From: Geosiphon pyriformis uo1
Lineage: Eukaryota; Fungi; Glomeromycota
Direction: 5' to 3'
NCBI GenBank assembly: GCA_016748015.1
Contig: JAAOMT010000226.1
Span: 354,604 to 418,603 of the forward strand
DNA length: 64,000 nt
Part shown: positions 39,400 to 53,299 of the stretch, one piece after another
How the letters are laid out: each line of letters starts with the position of its first letter
Numbering within the stretch: position 1 is the stretch's first letter
Notes under the pieces: model-generated
Databases searched by the model: none
Seen by the model: the letters and a program-made list of their open reading frames with translations, nothing else
What the model was told of the DNA's origin: nothing
Program-made: the position numbers and the translations under genes

Positions 39400-42300
39400 A
39401 AACTTCTTTCTCTCGTACATTCAAAATTCCGCAAAGAACAACATTTTGAAAAAAAAGTTTTTTGTTTTTTCTCTTGTTATATCCTTCACAATTTTTCAAA
39501 ACACAAACCTCTTTGTGGTGGACCTGATGGCTGTTTCTAGCAGTAATATGACAAAAAAAAAGACAGCAAAGAGATCTGTACATGGTTCTTTTAATGATAC
39601 CTTTTCTCAAAGGCAAAAAATTTCTGTTGGCAATGTTAAACACTCAGGTGATAAAAAGGATATCTCTAAGCAGGCCTTTGATAGATGTTGATAGATTTTT
39701 AAACAGGGAAACTGACTCAGATAGGGAGGCAAGCAACACTCTGTTGGCTGGTGCTAGTTACAAAGTAAATAATAAAAGTTACACTTACCTTTACTTTAAA
39801 AAAAATACTCCTAAAATGAAAAGATTCAATACTGGTAAAGTGGTCACCTTCTCTCTTGGCTCTTGCGATTATTCTTTTAAAATTTGAAGAGATTATTAGA
39901 TCGACTTTTATCTTAAAGAAAAACATGAACCAAGCAGCAATATTGGCTGATGAAAAAAGTATTCAAATAAACAACAATCTTAAAAAACAGGAAATTCATT
40001 TAGATTAGACTGTGATAATTAAAAAAATTTCTATAAATATGTTTAAAAAACAATTATTTTTGCTTTGTTTAAGTTTAATTAAGTGGTGTTAAATTAATTA
40101 CAACCTATTAAGCTATGACAAAAAACTGTAATAAAATTTGCTAAATTAGACCAGACTAATTTATTAATATTTAAGTACTATTTTAATTGAAAAAAATTCT
40201 GTGTATATAATCAAGACCAATAGAAACTAAACAACATAGTTATTTAAAGATTGATTTAAGACATTGTTGTTTAAAAAAACTAATAAGAAAACTTGTATTA
40301 TTAATTGCATATTTGTTATTAATATTAGAATTAAATATGTACTGTTTGTTTTAAATTTAAAAAAATCTAAAGCAGACTTATTATACTATTTTGTTTTTGG
40401 TAATGTAAATTATTCTTAAACTTGTTTGGATTTAGTTCATTGTAAAAAGTGTAAAAATTATAATTACTCTGCCATAAAGTATAATTTTTCTGTAAACTTT
40501 GTCCTTTCTTCTAAAAAAATTTATAAATGTATACTTTTAGATAATAATTGTTTTTGTTTAATCTACTTTTATGCTAAGAAGAATGTTTTTATTATGCGTT
40601 TAATAGCTTTTAGTAGTAAATTTTGGGTCTAAATAGTGTTGTTTAATTGGGTTTTTAATGATAGTTTTGTGAGTTTTTTATCTTTTGCTGAAGTTTTTCT
40701 TGTTAATGTTTTAACTTTAGCGGTTTTATAACTAAAAAGATTAGAAAAAAGTTTATAACTTTTTTTTGATCAAGTTTTTATTGTTTTTGGTAAATTAAAT
40801 GACTTGTTTTCTTCTGTTTTCTTTCTTTAAATAACTGTTATCTTTTTGTTGCCACCAACTGTTTTTAATATAATATTAAATAATTTTTTTAAGAAAATTG
40901 TAAATATGCTATCTGTAGTTTCTGGTATTTTTGTATTTGTTATCAAGCAATTGAATAATTTTAAAACAAATATTTGTGAGCTTTTTAGCTCTGTTAATAC
41001 TATTTTGTTAAGACTCAGTATAATATTTTCTAATAGTAATATGTATATTATTATTTTTTATGAACAGTTTAGTTTAGAAATTGTCACATGTAATATAAAA
41101 AAATAAACAATTTTACAAAGCAAAAAGACATTATTAAGTAGTATACAAATATGAATAATTTAATTTTTATTGTAACTACAATAAAATTAAAGAATTAAAT
41201 TAAGTTTTGAATTAAAAATAAGTTTAATAATGTGTGAGTTTTTATTTTTGGCTCAAATTTTTTTTATTTAAATTCTAAAATAATAATTATTATAAACAAT
41301 AATTTAACTTGTCATGTTTTTAAAATTTTTAAAATAAAAGATTATTTATTGTTAATAAAGCTTTTGTTCAAAAATAAGCTTTTTGTATTAATAATAAAAC
41401 TATACAGTACCCCTGAAAAGTAATGGTGGAGTAACTCTTGCGGCGCGTAATTCTTATTATGATCCAATCAGCTATTGTTAAGACATTTTAAGTAATAATT
41501 TGTACACGTATATATTCCATGCTACTATTTTTATTTTTTAAAACAAAATTGTTTTGACCAATAACGCATTTTATTTCTTATAATGAAATATAATCCTGTA
41601 AAATTCAATCGTGAAGTCATTAAGAGATTTTGGCAACAAGGTTATCGAAGTCCAACCGAAATATCTCGAAAAACAAATATTCCTCTTCTCTCTTGTGAAT
41701 GATATATAGGACAACTTCGTAAAAATGGTCAAATTCGAGCAATTCATTGTTCAGGTCGTCCACAAAAAACTTTACCAAAAATGTGTCACCAGATTGGAAA
41801 AATCGTAAATCGAAATTACTTTACCTCAGCAATTGAAATCAAGGCACAACTTGCAAAAACATATTCTGATTGATATAAGTGAACAGACTATTCACGATGA
41901 ACTTTTTAGGCTTGGTTATACAGCTGTTTTACCAAGACGTGTACCTCTACTCACCGAACAAGCCAAACAAAACCAATTAGTATGGGCTTAAGAACATTCT
42001 AATATAATTGGCACAAAGTAGTATTTGCAGATGAAACAACTTTACAAATGTTTTGAAATACTTGTTTGGCTTGTTCTCATTCGGGTAAACCTATTGCACC
42101 AATGGTAAAACATCCATTTAAACTTCATATGTGAGGAGCAATTTGTGCATATGGAAAAGTTGAAATATGCATCTTTACAGAAAATATGGACCGATATCTT
42201 TATCGTAAAATTCCAGCATGATAATGATCCAAAGCATACTTCAAAAGATGTTCACGCAGATATTGAGATGCAACTGCCAAATCACGTTTTGTCTTGGCCA

Positions 42301-45300
42301 TCATATAGTTCAGATCTCAATCTAATTGAGAATATTTGGCTATTCTTAAACAAAACGTTGAGAAAAAAGTCAAAGCAATAATAGCACACAAAAAAATATC
42401 TCTCAAGCGATTTTTATTACAATAGTAGAAGAAGAATCGAATAATCTGTCTAATGAGGCCATTCTTAACTGTATTACTAGTATGCAAAATCGAATTCAAG
42501 ATTGTATTAATGTAAAAGGAGGATATACTAAATATTAATTTTTTGAATATATATTCTTTACTTATATATCTATTAAATATTAAAATTTAAACAGAAATTA
42601 TCATGTATAAAAAAAATACCCTGTCATTACTTTTTGAAAGGACTGTATATATGTGTAATTTTGAAAAAAAATTTAGTTCAAACTCACAATATAAATTCTT
42701 TAATTGTTAAAACAATAAATAAGTATTTTTTTTATCTTAAATACTAACTTTAATAAAAATAATACAAAGAAAAGTATTAATTTAATATGTGCTTAAATTT
42801 TAAATTTGTTAACTTTTTAATAAGCAATTTTGTTACTAAAAGCAATAACATAAAAAAATTTAAAAAGTATTGAAAAATTAATTAATTATATTTTGGTATT
42901 GGTTTTTTTTGTTATTGTTTTATCTAGTTATGCTGTTTTAAATATGACTGATTTTTTTAATATTAATCACAAAGCCGTTTTGGTTTTAGTAGAATTAAAT
43001 AAACTTTTCAATATAAAATTTTTTGTTTTATAAAAATAAGTAAACAAAAAAGAGTAAAAATACAATATTAAAAATACAAATAATAAAAAGTGATTTTGCT
43101 TAAGAATATTTTATTATTAAAAGCAATTAGTTTGTTTGGTTTTTTTTGTGATTTTAATTAAGTCAAAAACTTGGAATTAATATGACTATTATTAAATAAT
43201 ATTATATATAAATTAACAAATATAGTTTTCAAAAAAGTATAATCTTGTAATTTTAATAATATTAGGATCAAAGAATTATTTAGATCATTTAAATTGAAAA
43301 TTTTGACACCTAAAATTATTAAAATAGTATTATTAGATGTTTTAATTATTTTCTAAATTACTGTTAATGTTATTTTGTTGTTAATTTTGTTGTTAATAAA
43401 AGTTAATAAATTTCAATAAATTAATTAATTTCTAAAGTATTTCTCTATACTTTAGATTATTATTGCTGTTAAATTTATAATAAAATGACAAATTTTATGT
43501 TAATTATTTGTAAAATTATTTTGGAGTACAGAAAATCAGAAAGTCTTTTTAAAGTTAAAAAAAATCAAATCAAATTATTTTTGATGTATAAATTTTTTCT
43601 ATTTTTGTTTAAGAAGTTTTTGTGTAATAATTTAATTATTTTTATTGTTTTTACTATTTTTTAAAATCATATAAAAAATAAAATTTAATATAAATCAAAA
43701 AAAAATTAATATTTAATCTTAAAGATTGTTTAATAATAATTATTAATTTTAAGTTTTAAGAAATATCTTCTGAATTAATTAAGAGAAATTGTGTACTAAT
43801 TTGTGAAATTAAAAATTAAAAATTGGTTCTTGAATAATAATGTTTTGGTCTGTTATTATGTGTAACTTTTTTTAAAATCTTATTATTAAGTTTTAATTTA
43901 TATAATTTATTTTTTAGAATTTTATATATATAAAATAATTCATTTTATTTATGATCAAATTTTTTATTCTATTGTTTTTTAGTCCTAGTTTTGTATAAAA
44001 AAAAATTATTTTTAACTTTAAATTTATTAATAGTAAATAACAATTTGTTGTTATATTATTTTTTTGTTAAGCTTAAAAATATTTAATATAAGTAATTACA
44101 ATTTTTTTTTTTTAAAGTGCTAAAAAGAATATAAACTCTTTATTAAAGTTTTTTCTGTAGTTGGTTAAATTAAATAAGTTTTTAATAAGAAGTTAATTGA
44201 TAATATTGCTGTTTTTCTATAAATTAAATCAAATAATATGTGTTTTATTGTATTTTGTTTAAGTATTTTATCTGTTAATAATATTTATAGAATAAAGATA
44301 TCTTATTTCTGTTTAAAATTAATTAAAATTTTGGTTAATAATTTACAAAGTGTTTTATTTAAAAATAATATAGTAAAAATAAAAGTATTTTAACATTAAA
44401 TTATTTACAAATTTTTTGTATTAAGTTGTTTATAAAATATGTTTTTTGGTTAAATAAAAATTTAATTGTATATTTGTGTTTATAAATAATGTTTTTGTAA
44501 ATAAAATTTGTTATTAATTTTGTATCAGTTTTTTAAATAGTTTTTATTTTAAACTATTTTATAAGATAATCTATAATAATTACAACATATTAATTTTTTA
44601 ATTGTAATAATAGTGATCTAATTAAATTAATATCAATTTTGTCAAAAGTTGTCTAATTTTAATTGAATTTAAATATTCAATAAGATAAAATTTTTTTTTT
44701 AATAATTTTTATAAAATTTAATATATTATTAAATATTTTTTTATATATAATACCAAAAATAATATTCTAATGTTTTTTGAATTGTGTTGTCTTTTTTAAA
44801 ATGTGCTAAAGATAAGTTTAAATATATATTGTAAAAATTGGTTTTTTTTATGTTTTAAAACTAATTTAAATAAATTGTTTAAATTTTTGTAATTTTAATA
44901 ATAAATATTATTATTATGTAAAAAATATTGTATTAATTAATATTAATAAACAATGTTTTTTACTTAAAGTCAAGTTTTTTAATATTGTAAATGTCTCTAA
45001 ATAAATTTTAATTTTGTTATAATTTTTAAAATTTATTGTATATTGTTAATTTGTTAATTTATTAAATTGGTTAGTATTTTGATATTAATTTTATTTTATT
45101 TTTAAAAGATTATTAATGTTTGTGTATTATATTATAATTATAATTAGCTAAAAAATCAGTCTATTAAAATTGTTTTTTATTAAACTTGGAATTTTTTTTG
45201 TTAAGCCATTTAAATTTAATATTGTTAATAATAATATTAAATTGTTTGTCTTTTTTAAAATATTGTCGAAAATATTAAAAAGCCCAAATAACTTTTATTG

Positions 45301-48300
45301 TTTTTAATTTAATAAATAAATATTTGGTTTTAGCAGATTTAAAAGTTTTATTAGAATAAACAACTACTTTTTTATTTAATTAAAATAGAATGTTATTAAA
45401 TATTGTAAAAAATTTATTAGTAATTAATTCAATTTTTTGTTAAAATTAAAATAAACAAAAATTTAAACTGTTGCTAATCTTGTTTTAAATATTTTAAAAA
45501 CTTTTTATTGTGCTAAATTTAATATTTTCTTAACCAAGTAATTAAGAAATTTGCAATTTTAAGAATTTTTTTAAAAATTTTTGGTAATAAAATACTAATT
45601 TTATAAATTCTGTTTTTATTTACAATATGGCCAAAAAAACCAAACTTGTTTTTTCAAAATAATATTTTTTATTATTGAGTTTTAATTTTGCTTTTTATAA
45701 TCATTAAAAAACTTTTTATAAGTAAATTAAATAAGCTTTAAATATTAAAAAATAGATATTAGTTTTATCTAAACAGACAAATATTAATTGCTATAAAAGT
45801 TTAATATATACAATATTTATAAATTGTTAGAATATTATTAATATATTGTATAATCTAATAAACATTATATTAAATTTGTAATTTTTTTGAATTACAAACG
45901 CTGTTTTTAGACAATTTTTAAAGTCTATAAATATTTTTTAATATTTACTTTTTTAGATTTACTAAAAGTATTTAACATATTATTAATTTATTAAAAAAAA
46001 TATTTCTAATTGTTATATTATTAAGTTAATAATAGTTTATACAAAATCTAATTTTTTTATTTTTTTTACCAAAACTACTAATAAATTTATAAGCTTTTTA
46101 ATAATTAAATAAGCTTATTATTAAGCATTTTTTGAATTTTTTCTTTAATAAATTGGTAATTAATAAATAATATTTTATATTTTTATTGATATTTTGGTTT
46201 AGTATCTTTAAGATAAATATAATATTAAATTATTATTGTTTTAAACAAAAATATTAGTATATTTTATAATAAGCTGCTTGAGTTGTTTTTGTTAATATGA
46301 TTTCAATTTTTTTATGTTAATTTAGAATAACTTTTTACAATTATATAATAACTTTTAATATTAAAAGTAGCAATTATTTTTAAGAGTAAATATTCAATAA
46401 TTTTTATCAAATTAGAAACTATTTGTGATATTTTTTCTTAAAAAATATTGTTGTGTATTATTTTAATATTTAATTGTTTATTTAAAATATTAAAATAGCT
46501 ATTAATATTTTAAAATATGATCTTGAATTTTTTTATTTCTTTAAGAAAATAAATATTAAAAATTAAGATTTCGTATTTATTACAAACTTATTAATTTAAT
46601 TCAAATATTTGAATAGTAATAGGTTTTAAACTAATAAATATTTCTTAATATTTTTTTAAAAATAGAATTGTAATTGTTTTTGGTAATTTAAAAATTTGAT
46701 GAGATTTATCTTGCAAATTAAGAATTAAGTTTATTAGAACTGTAAATCATTCTATTAAATTAAACTCTTGAGTTTTTTTATTATTTTTTCTTAATACTTC
46801 TTAATTTTAACTGATTACAAATTTGAAATGTTAATTAAAAATAAATAAATAGCTTGAATAATTTTTTCAGTATGTTTAATTTTAAAAAACTTTTTAGTTT
46901 TGTTTTATAACATGATTGTAATATCTTTAATATATTTTGCATCTTTTTTAATATTAATTTTTTTGCTTATTAATAATTATTAAGAAGCAATTTGTATTAT
47001 TGCTTTTAATAAAATTTGAACACAATTATTAAATTGATTTTGATTAATAATTTTAATTACAAAACCAAAATGTTTTTTTTAGATATTATAAATTATATTC
47101 AACATTAATTATGTTTTTTTTCTAATTTAATTCTCTGTTTATTATTGTTAAAATACTTGAGTTGTACTGCACATTAATTTTTAATAAGATAAATTAAAGT
47201 AATTAACAAAATTTCTTTTCAAATTTAATTTTATATTTGTTTTTATAATAAATAATAATATTTTAAAAACATAATATTCTAAATATTATTGATTATTATA
47301 AAACATAATACATTCTTTATACAATTGAATATTTATTTGCTTTAATTATTAAATTTGGGTTTTTTAAAAAGTAAATATGGCTAATAATTAAGTAATAGAG
47401 TTCAATTTTATTTTTATAATCAAATTTAATAAGATCTAAAGTGTATTCAATGTATTTGGCTTTTTTTATTTGTCAAATATCTTTTTGAATTCTTTTATTA
47501 ATTAAAAATATTAGCAATTTATAGATTATTTTTGTATTATAATAGTAAAAATACAATTTGTTAAAAGTGTTATTATATGTTACTTAAAATAAAGTTCTTT
47601 TTTTTACTTTTTTTAAAATAAATAAAGCATATTAGCAGATTTAATTGCAAACTTTTCTTTTTATTAAAACATTAATATAATTGTATTTTTTTGCTAATAA
47701 TTATTCATAAATAAAACATAATTTATTGTTTTATTTTTTATTTTGTTTTAAATAACCAAATCGTTTTTAATAATAAGTTTTACAATAATAATAAGCGTAA
47801 TTTCCATATTTTTCTTTTAAAAATATACAGATTTTTATGAATAAGAGTTTTTTGTTACAATTTTTGCGTTTAAGTAATATATAAGCTTGTTTTTTTAAGA
47901 GCTTTAGTTTTGAGTAAAAAACATATTAATTACTGGTTTATTTAATTTTTAATATAATTTATTATATTGATTTAAAGTTTTGAGCCAAAAAGATATTAAT
48001 TGTGTTTCAAGTGTATTAAAAAGTTGTTGTTTTATTTTTTTAGCTTAATTAAATTATAAATTTAATACTATATAAGTTTTAATAAAAGGTTTTTTTTCTT
48101 TTAAATTTAAATACAGAGATTTTTTCCTATTATTTATTAAAAATATTATATATAACAAATACTTTAGTGTATTGTTCTTGATATAAAATTTTTAATTTTG
48201 TATTTCTTAATTTAAGTTAATATTGGCTTTAAAAAGTTAATTTTTTTTAATAATAGCTTGATATTAAAATGTATTTATAATTAAAAGTTTAATTAAAATA

Positions 48301-48933
48301 GTAATTCTATTAATTATAAAGAAAAAATTGGCAATTTTTTTTTAGAGTTTTTTTCATATTATTAACTGTAATAATTACTGTTTAAATTAATCTGTTAATA
48401 TTTGTTTGAGTTTTTATATTAACTAATAAGTAATAATACTTTTAGTAAATTTATTATTTAAAATTAATCAAATTGATTTTTTTAACTTTGGTTTTAATAT
48501 ATATTGTTGTAATTGCTTTTTGTTTTAAAATAATTATATTATTAAGTAAAAAAAAACATATTTGCTTTAAATTTAAATAGAAATATGTTTAATAAATTGG
48601 TATTTTTTACAAATAAAATAGTAATATTATTAAAAAAATTTAATAATTGTGTTATAGTTTTATCTCTAAAAAATGGAGTTTAATAAAAATCTTAGTCTTT
48701 AAACATTATAAGATAATTAGATTAAATGTAAATATGTTTTAATTGTTGTTAATTATGAAAATTGTTTTTGCTATTAATTAATTAATCAAGTTAAAGCATT
48801 TTTTTTTATAATTAATAACTTAAAACTGAAGATAATTAATATTATTATTGTTAGTAAACTTATAATAAGATAAGTTAATAATAATTAAATTAAAATCTTA
48901 GAAAATAGTAAATAAATAATAATAATAATAATA
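39400..48933 (+). mobile_element. Heavily eroded LINE retrotransposon, interrupted by a Tc1-like element and other fragments
   Basis: The 5' end AAACTTCTTTCT...CAAAATT resembles the 5' end of the 55-62 kb LINE. ORF1 start MAVSSSNMTKKKTAKRSVHGSFNDTFSQRQKISVGNVKHSGDKKDIS is still readable. Downstream, the sequence reads as a T/A-eroded version of ORF2. (AAT)n tail at ~48915-48933. Internal and 3' limits are approximate. Confidence 0.65.
41405..42645 (+). mobile_element. IS630-Tc1/mariner DNA transposon (degenerate transposase at 41583-42538, DD35E spacing)
   Basis: TA flanks at 41403-41404 and 42646-42647. Imperfect ~29-bp TIRs CAGTACCCCTGAAAAGTAATG / CAGTCCTTTCAAAAAGTAATG. Motifs SGRP, VVFADET, FQHDNDPKH, WPSYSSDLNLIENIW and KGGYTKY*, with stops, frameshifts and an internal deletion. 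Confidence 0.92.
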
Positions 48934-48939
48934 AATTAT

Positions 48940-49850
48940 AGAATTATTATTAAAAAAAATAATATTTATTATTTTGTATTTATTAATTTTTTTATATTTT
49001 TAGTGTTCTAAAATCTTATTATAATGTAGTTTAAGTTTTAAGATTAATTGTTTAATAATAAAAAATTACTTTAATTTTGTTATTATAGTAATTAATATTT
49101 TTATTGTTAATTAGTAAAATAGTTTTTAGCTTTTTAATAAATTAGGTAATATTTTTTCAATTATTGAGCTAATTTTTTTTATGACCAAATTTATTAATTT
49201 GGTTTAATTAACTTTTTTTATAATTATTATATAAGCTTTAATATATTAAATAATAGAAACTAAGTTTTATAGAACATATAGTCAAATTTTTTTAAAAAGT
49301 TTATTTTTAGTCTAATAATAAATTAATTTAAAACTTGGATATTATAATAATATTTATTTGTGTTTAATTGTCTAATTCTTTATAAAAATTTGTTAAATTT
49401 TCTAAAATAAGATAAGTAAAATTTAATTAATTTTTGTTTAATGTTTCAAAAATAGTTTTAAAAGATGATAAATATATTATTATTAATAAATTGCTTAAAA
49501 AAAGTATTTTTAAATACTTATTTGTTTTTAAAAATACATTTAAATTTTTAAATTATTTACTAACAGTTTTTTAAAGAAAATAAGAAATTGTTTTTAATAT
49601 TTTTGTTGTATTTTATTTATTAAAATTTTCTGCTTTTGTGATTTTATTAAACTATTTTTGAAGACTAATTTTAATATTTTTTTCTAAGAATTCTAAAATT
49701 TATATAATATATAAAATTGTTATATTTGTTATTTTTTTTGGTTTTTTTTTAATAAATTCAAAAATATTTCTTTTATTAGTTAAAGTTTCTGAATATTTAT
49801 TTTGATTTTTTAAGTAATTAATAAGATTAATACTTGTATAAATTAGTTTT
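48940..49850 (-). mobile_element. Eroded Ty3/Gypsy gag fragment
   Basis: The minus strand parallels the better-preserved gag at 50387-50900 (..NKITKAE..ISYFL..LKNKL..) and continues toward the zinc-knuckle region. Confidence 0.5.
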
Positions 49851-49859
49851 AAAATTAGA

Positions 49860-50386
49860 CTTTTTAATAATGTATATAATAATAGAGTAGAAGAAATATT
49901 ATAAAAAATATTTATTCAAATTAACATTTTATTAATAATTCGATATTTAAGCACATTAAACACAAATTTTTTATCTTGCATATATAGTTTATAATTATTT
50001 AACAATCCAAGAATTATTTGTTGCTTCTGAATGCATTTTTTCTGCAGATAGAAATTTGATTACAAAATGAAGTCTTATTTAATATCTAAAATTATAAAAA
50101 CAATACAGTGTTTTCAATTATAAATGTGAAAATTATTGAAAAGAAAATTAAATAATAATATAGTATAATATAATGTTTTTAATAGTTAAATCTAAACATG
50201 TTTATAAACTTCAAATCAAACTTGAACCAGACTTGTTGCATGTATTCAGGTTCAATTCAAGTTCAGTAATTTTAAGTTTGGTTTAAGTTCGAATTTAAAA
50301 TTTTGCCAAATCTTCTGTTTAAGTTTAGTTTGGTTCAATAGTTTGATTAAACTTGAACCAAACCGGATTAAACATCAAAATTCTAA
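49860..50386 (+). mobile_element. hAT transposon 3' remnant
   Basis: YLTIQELFVASECIFSADRNLITK* at ~49996-50070 matches the hAT dimerisation motif (YLAIPATSVASERAFS.G..LIT). It is followed by GAACC/GGTTC-type subterminal repeats at 50215-50370. Confidence 0.7.
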
Positions 50387-51900
50387 CTAAAATATGTGAA
50401 TAAACTTTTTTGATTAATTTATTTTTTAGACCAATGATGAATTGAATTAAAATTTGAATATTAGGATAATAAGTATTTATTTTAATTAACAAATTTTTCT
50501 GAAAAGTTTGTTAAATTTTTCAATATAAATTATAACAGATTTTAATAATTTTTGTTTAATATTTTGAAAATGGTTTCAAAAAGTAATTAAAGTATTTTTG
50601 TCTATAAACTGTTTAAGGAAAACAGCTTTAAAAACTTGCCAATCTGCAAAAAAGTCAGTTAAGTTTTTAAACTATTTGCTTGCAATTTTTTTAAAAAAAT
50701 AAAAAATTGTTTATAATATTTTTACTGTATTCTATTCATTTATATCTTCTGCTTTGGTAACTTGATTAAGCTATTCTTAAGAACTGGTTTTGGTATTTTT
50801 TTCAAAAATATTAAAAATTTTTGTAATGTAAGCAGTGGCTATTTTTTGTTGTTTTTTCTTTATTATCTGTGGATTTTTTTAATAGATTTAGCAACGTTTT
50901 TTTATTGGCTAGAGTTTTAAAATATTTGCTTTGATTTTAGCTAAATAATTAAAAAAATTAGTGCTAATATAAATTAAGTTAATCTGTAGTATTGAATATT
51001 TTGGTAAAACAAAATTTTTTAGTTTTAAAAAATAGTTAAGTAGTAAATTGAACATCTGTATTTAAATATATAAAGTTGAGAAAAATATATTGAAAGTAGT
51101 AGTTTAATACTTGTATTTTGTTTTTAATGTGTTAAATATTATATAAACTAGTTTAATGTTTTTTTTGTTTTTTTTTGCAATTAGTTTTTGGTTTTGATTC
51201 AAGTTTAAGAATAAATAATAAGTTATTAAGTATTTTTTTACAAAATTAAGTAATATTATAATTAAGTTCTTAAAAGTAAATAACATAAATGTTAACATTA
51301 ATAATTTTTAATTCTACTGTTAAGTAATAAATTAAATTTTTAAAAAAGTTTTATTTAATTTTTGTAATATTATAATCTCTAAAAAAAAAGTTATTAATTC
51401 GATTTTTAATGTATTAAAAAAGTGTTTTTAACAACTGTAATTCTATTTTGGATTCTAAATTATTGTTTATAATAATTGTAAATTGACCAATAATATTTTA
51501 AAATTATTATGTTAAATATAATTGTTACTTTAATTTAATTATTATTGTATTGTTTTTAAAAAAACACCAAATATTATTGAAAATTTTTTTACTTTTTTTT
51601 GAATATTGTTAATGCTGTTTTGCTGTTAATTTTGCTGTTTAATAGAAGTTGGTAAACTTTTAATAAGCTAATTTATTTTCCAAAGTATTTTTTTATATTT
51701 TGGATTATATATACTGTTGAGTTTATAATAGAATAGCCAGTTTTATGCCAATTACTTTATATAGTCATCTTATAATAAAAGTTAAATATTTTATAAAAAA
51801 ATTTATTTATAAGCTTTCTAATTAATATGTAATTACTTTGCTGTAAAAGTCAACTTTTTTACAGAAAATTTTAACTATAAGCTATTTAATAATATAAAAA
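50387..51900 (-). mobile_element. Ty3/Gypsy LTR-retrotransposon gag fragment
   Basis: Minus-strand translation ATAYITKI..TSS*E*LNQVTKAE..*NTVKIL*TIFYFL...DWQVFKAVFLKQFIDKNT..NHFQNIKQ..SVIIYIEKFNKL..QFIIGLKNKLIKKV matches the retrotransposon gag pattern. The distal limit is approximate. Confidence 0.75.
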
Positions 51901-53299
51901 AAGATAAAATAATTTAAAATAAAAAAGTAAGTTTAAGAAAATTGTTTTAAATTCAGATTTGAAAGTTATTAATAGTTACTAAAATTAGTAACTAGTTAAT
52001 TTCAAAATATTAATAAATAATAGTTAATTTTAAAACAATAATAATTAAAAGTTTAAAGTTTTAAGATAAGTTTTTATTGAATTGATTTGTAAAAGAAATA
52101 ATTTTATTTTTAAGATATTTAATAGAAGATATATTTTCTTAAAAAATAAAGCTTTTTTTTATACAATTTGATATAATATTATTTTATAATCTAATACTTT
52201 TTCTTTTTTCTAATATTTTAGTAAACTAAAAATATATTTTATCAGACTATAAATTATTTTTGCAAACTATAAATTATTTTAGTAAATTGTTAAATATTTC
52301 AGTAAATTGTTAAATATTTCATCAAATTTTTCAATATTTTAGCAAATTCTAACTGTTATATAATTTAATATATTATATAATTTAATTATTATAATTTGAT
52401 TATATTTGTGTTTTATAAAAATCAAGTTATTAATTAAATAATAATTTGGATAATTTGATAAGATAATAAGTAATAATTTTAAATAATAATATATTTTAAT
52501 TAATAACAAAAATCATAGAAATAATTTTATGCTAATTAATAATTCAAATTTTTGTTAATAATATTACTATAAACAGTCTGTAATATAAAACTTTTATAAA
52601 ATAAAAATACATTTTAATTGTAATATTGTTTATAAAGCCAACTGTTATATAAGAATTAAAATGCCAAAATTAGTAATAACCAGATTCAATTAATATTTTC
52701 AAGCAAACCATAATTTAAAATTCTAATACCAAATGCAATTTTCTAATAGACATAGTAAACTGTCTAAAAAATTTTATAAACAAAACATCTTATATTTTTA
52801 GACATAACTATATTTATTAATCTTAATAAATCTCTTTTATATATAGATTGAAAGTATTATATTTAAGAAAAAAATAATATTAACCAAAAAATTAGTCTTT
52901 TTATTGTTCAAAATACCAAAATAGCTTTTAATTTTGTATTAACTAACACTTAAATTTTTTTTAATAATATTTACAATGTAATATTATTTAATTTAACAAT
53001 AATTATAAAAGTTTGATAAAATTAAAACTAATTTTAAATAACATATATTCAAAGCTACTTGGTTATTAGATTTTATTTTAACTATACAAAAAAAAACACA
53101 ATTTAAAGCTAATACAATAATTTAGCATTTAATTATTGTAGAAAAAACCAAACCAGATATTTTGATATCTAATTTTAGATCTAAATTTTTAAAAAATATT
53201 GTAATATTAACTCTTATATTAATAATATTCAAATTGTTTAAAAAATTATTAATATAAACAAAAAACAAATTATATTGGCATTAATTAAATAATTATAAA

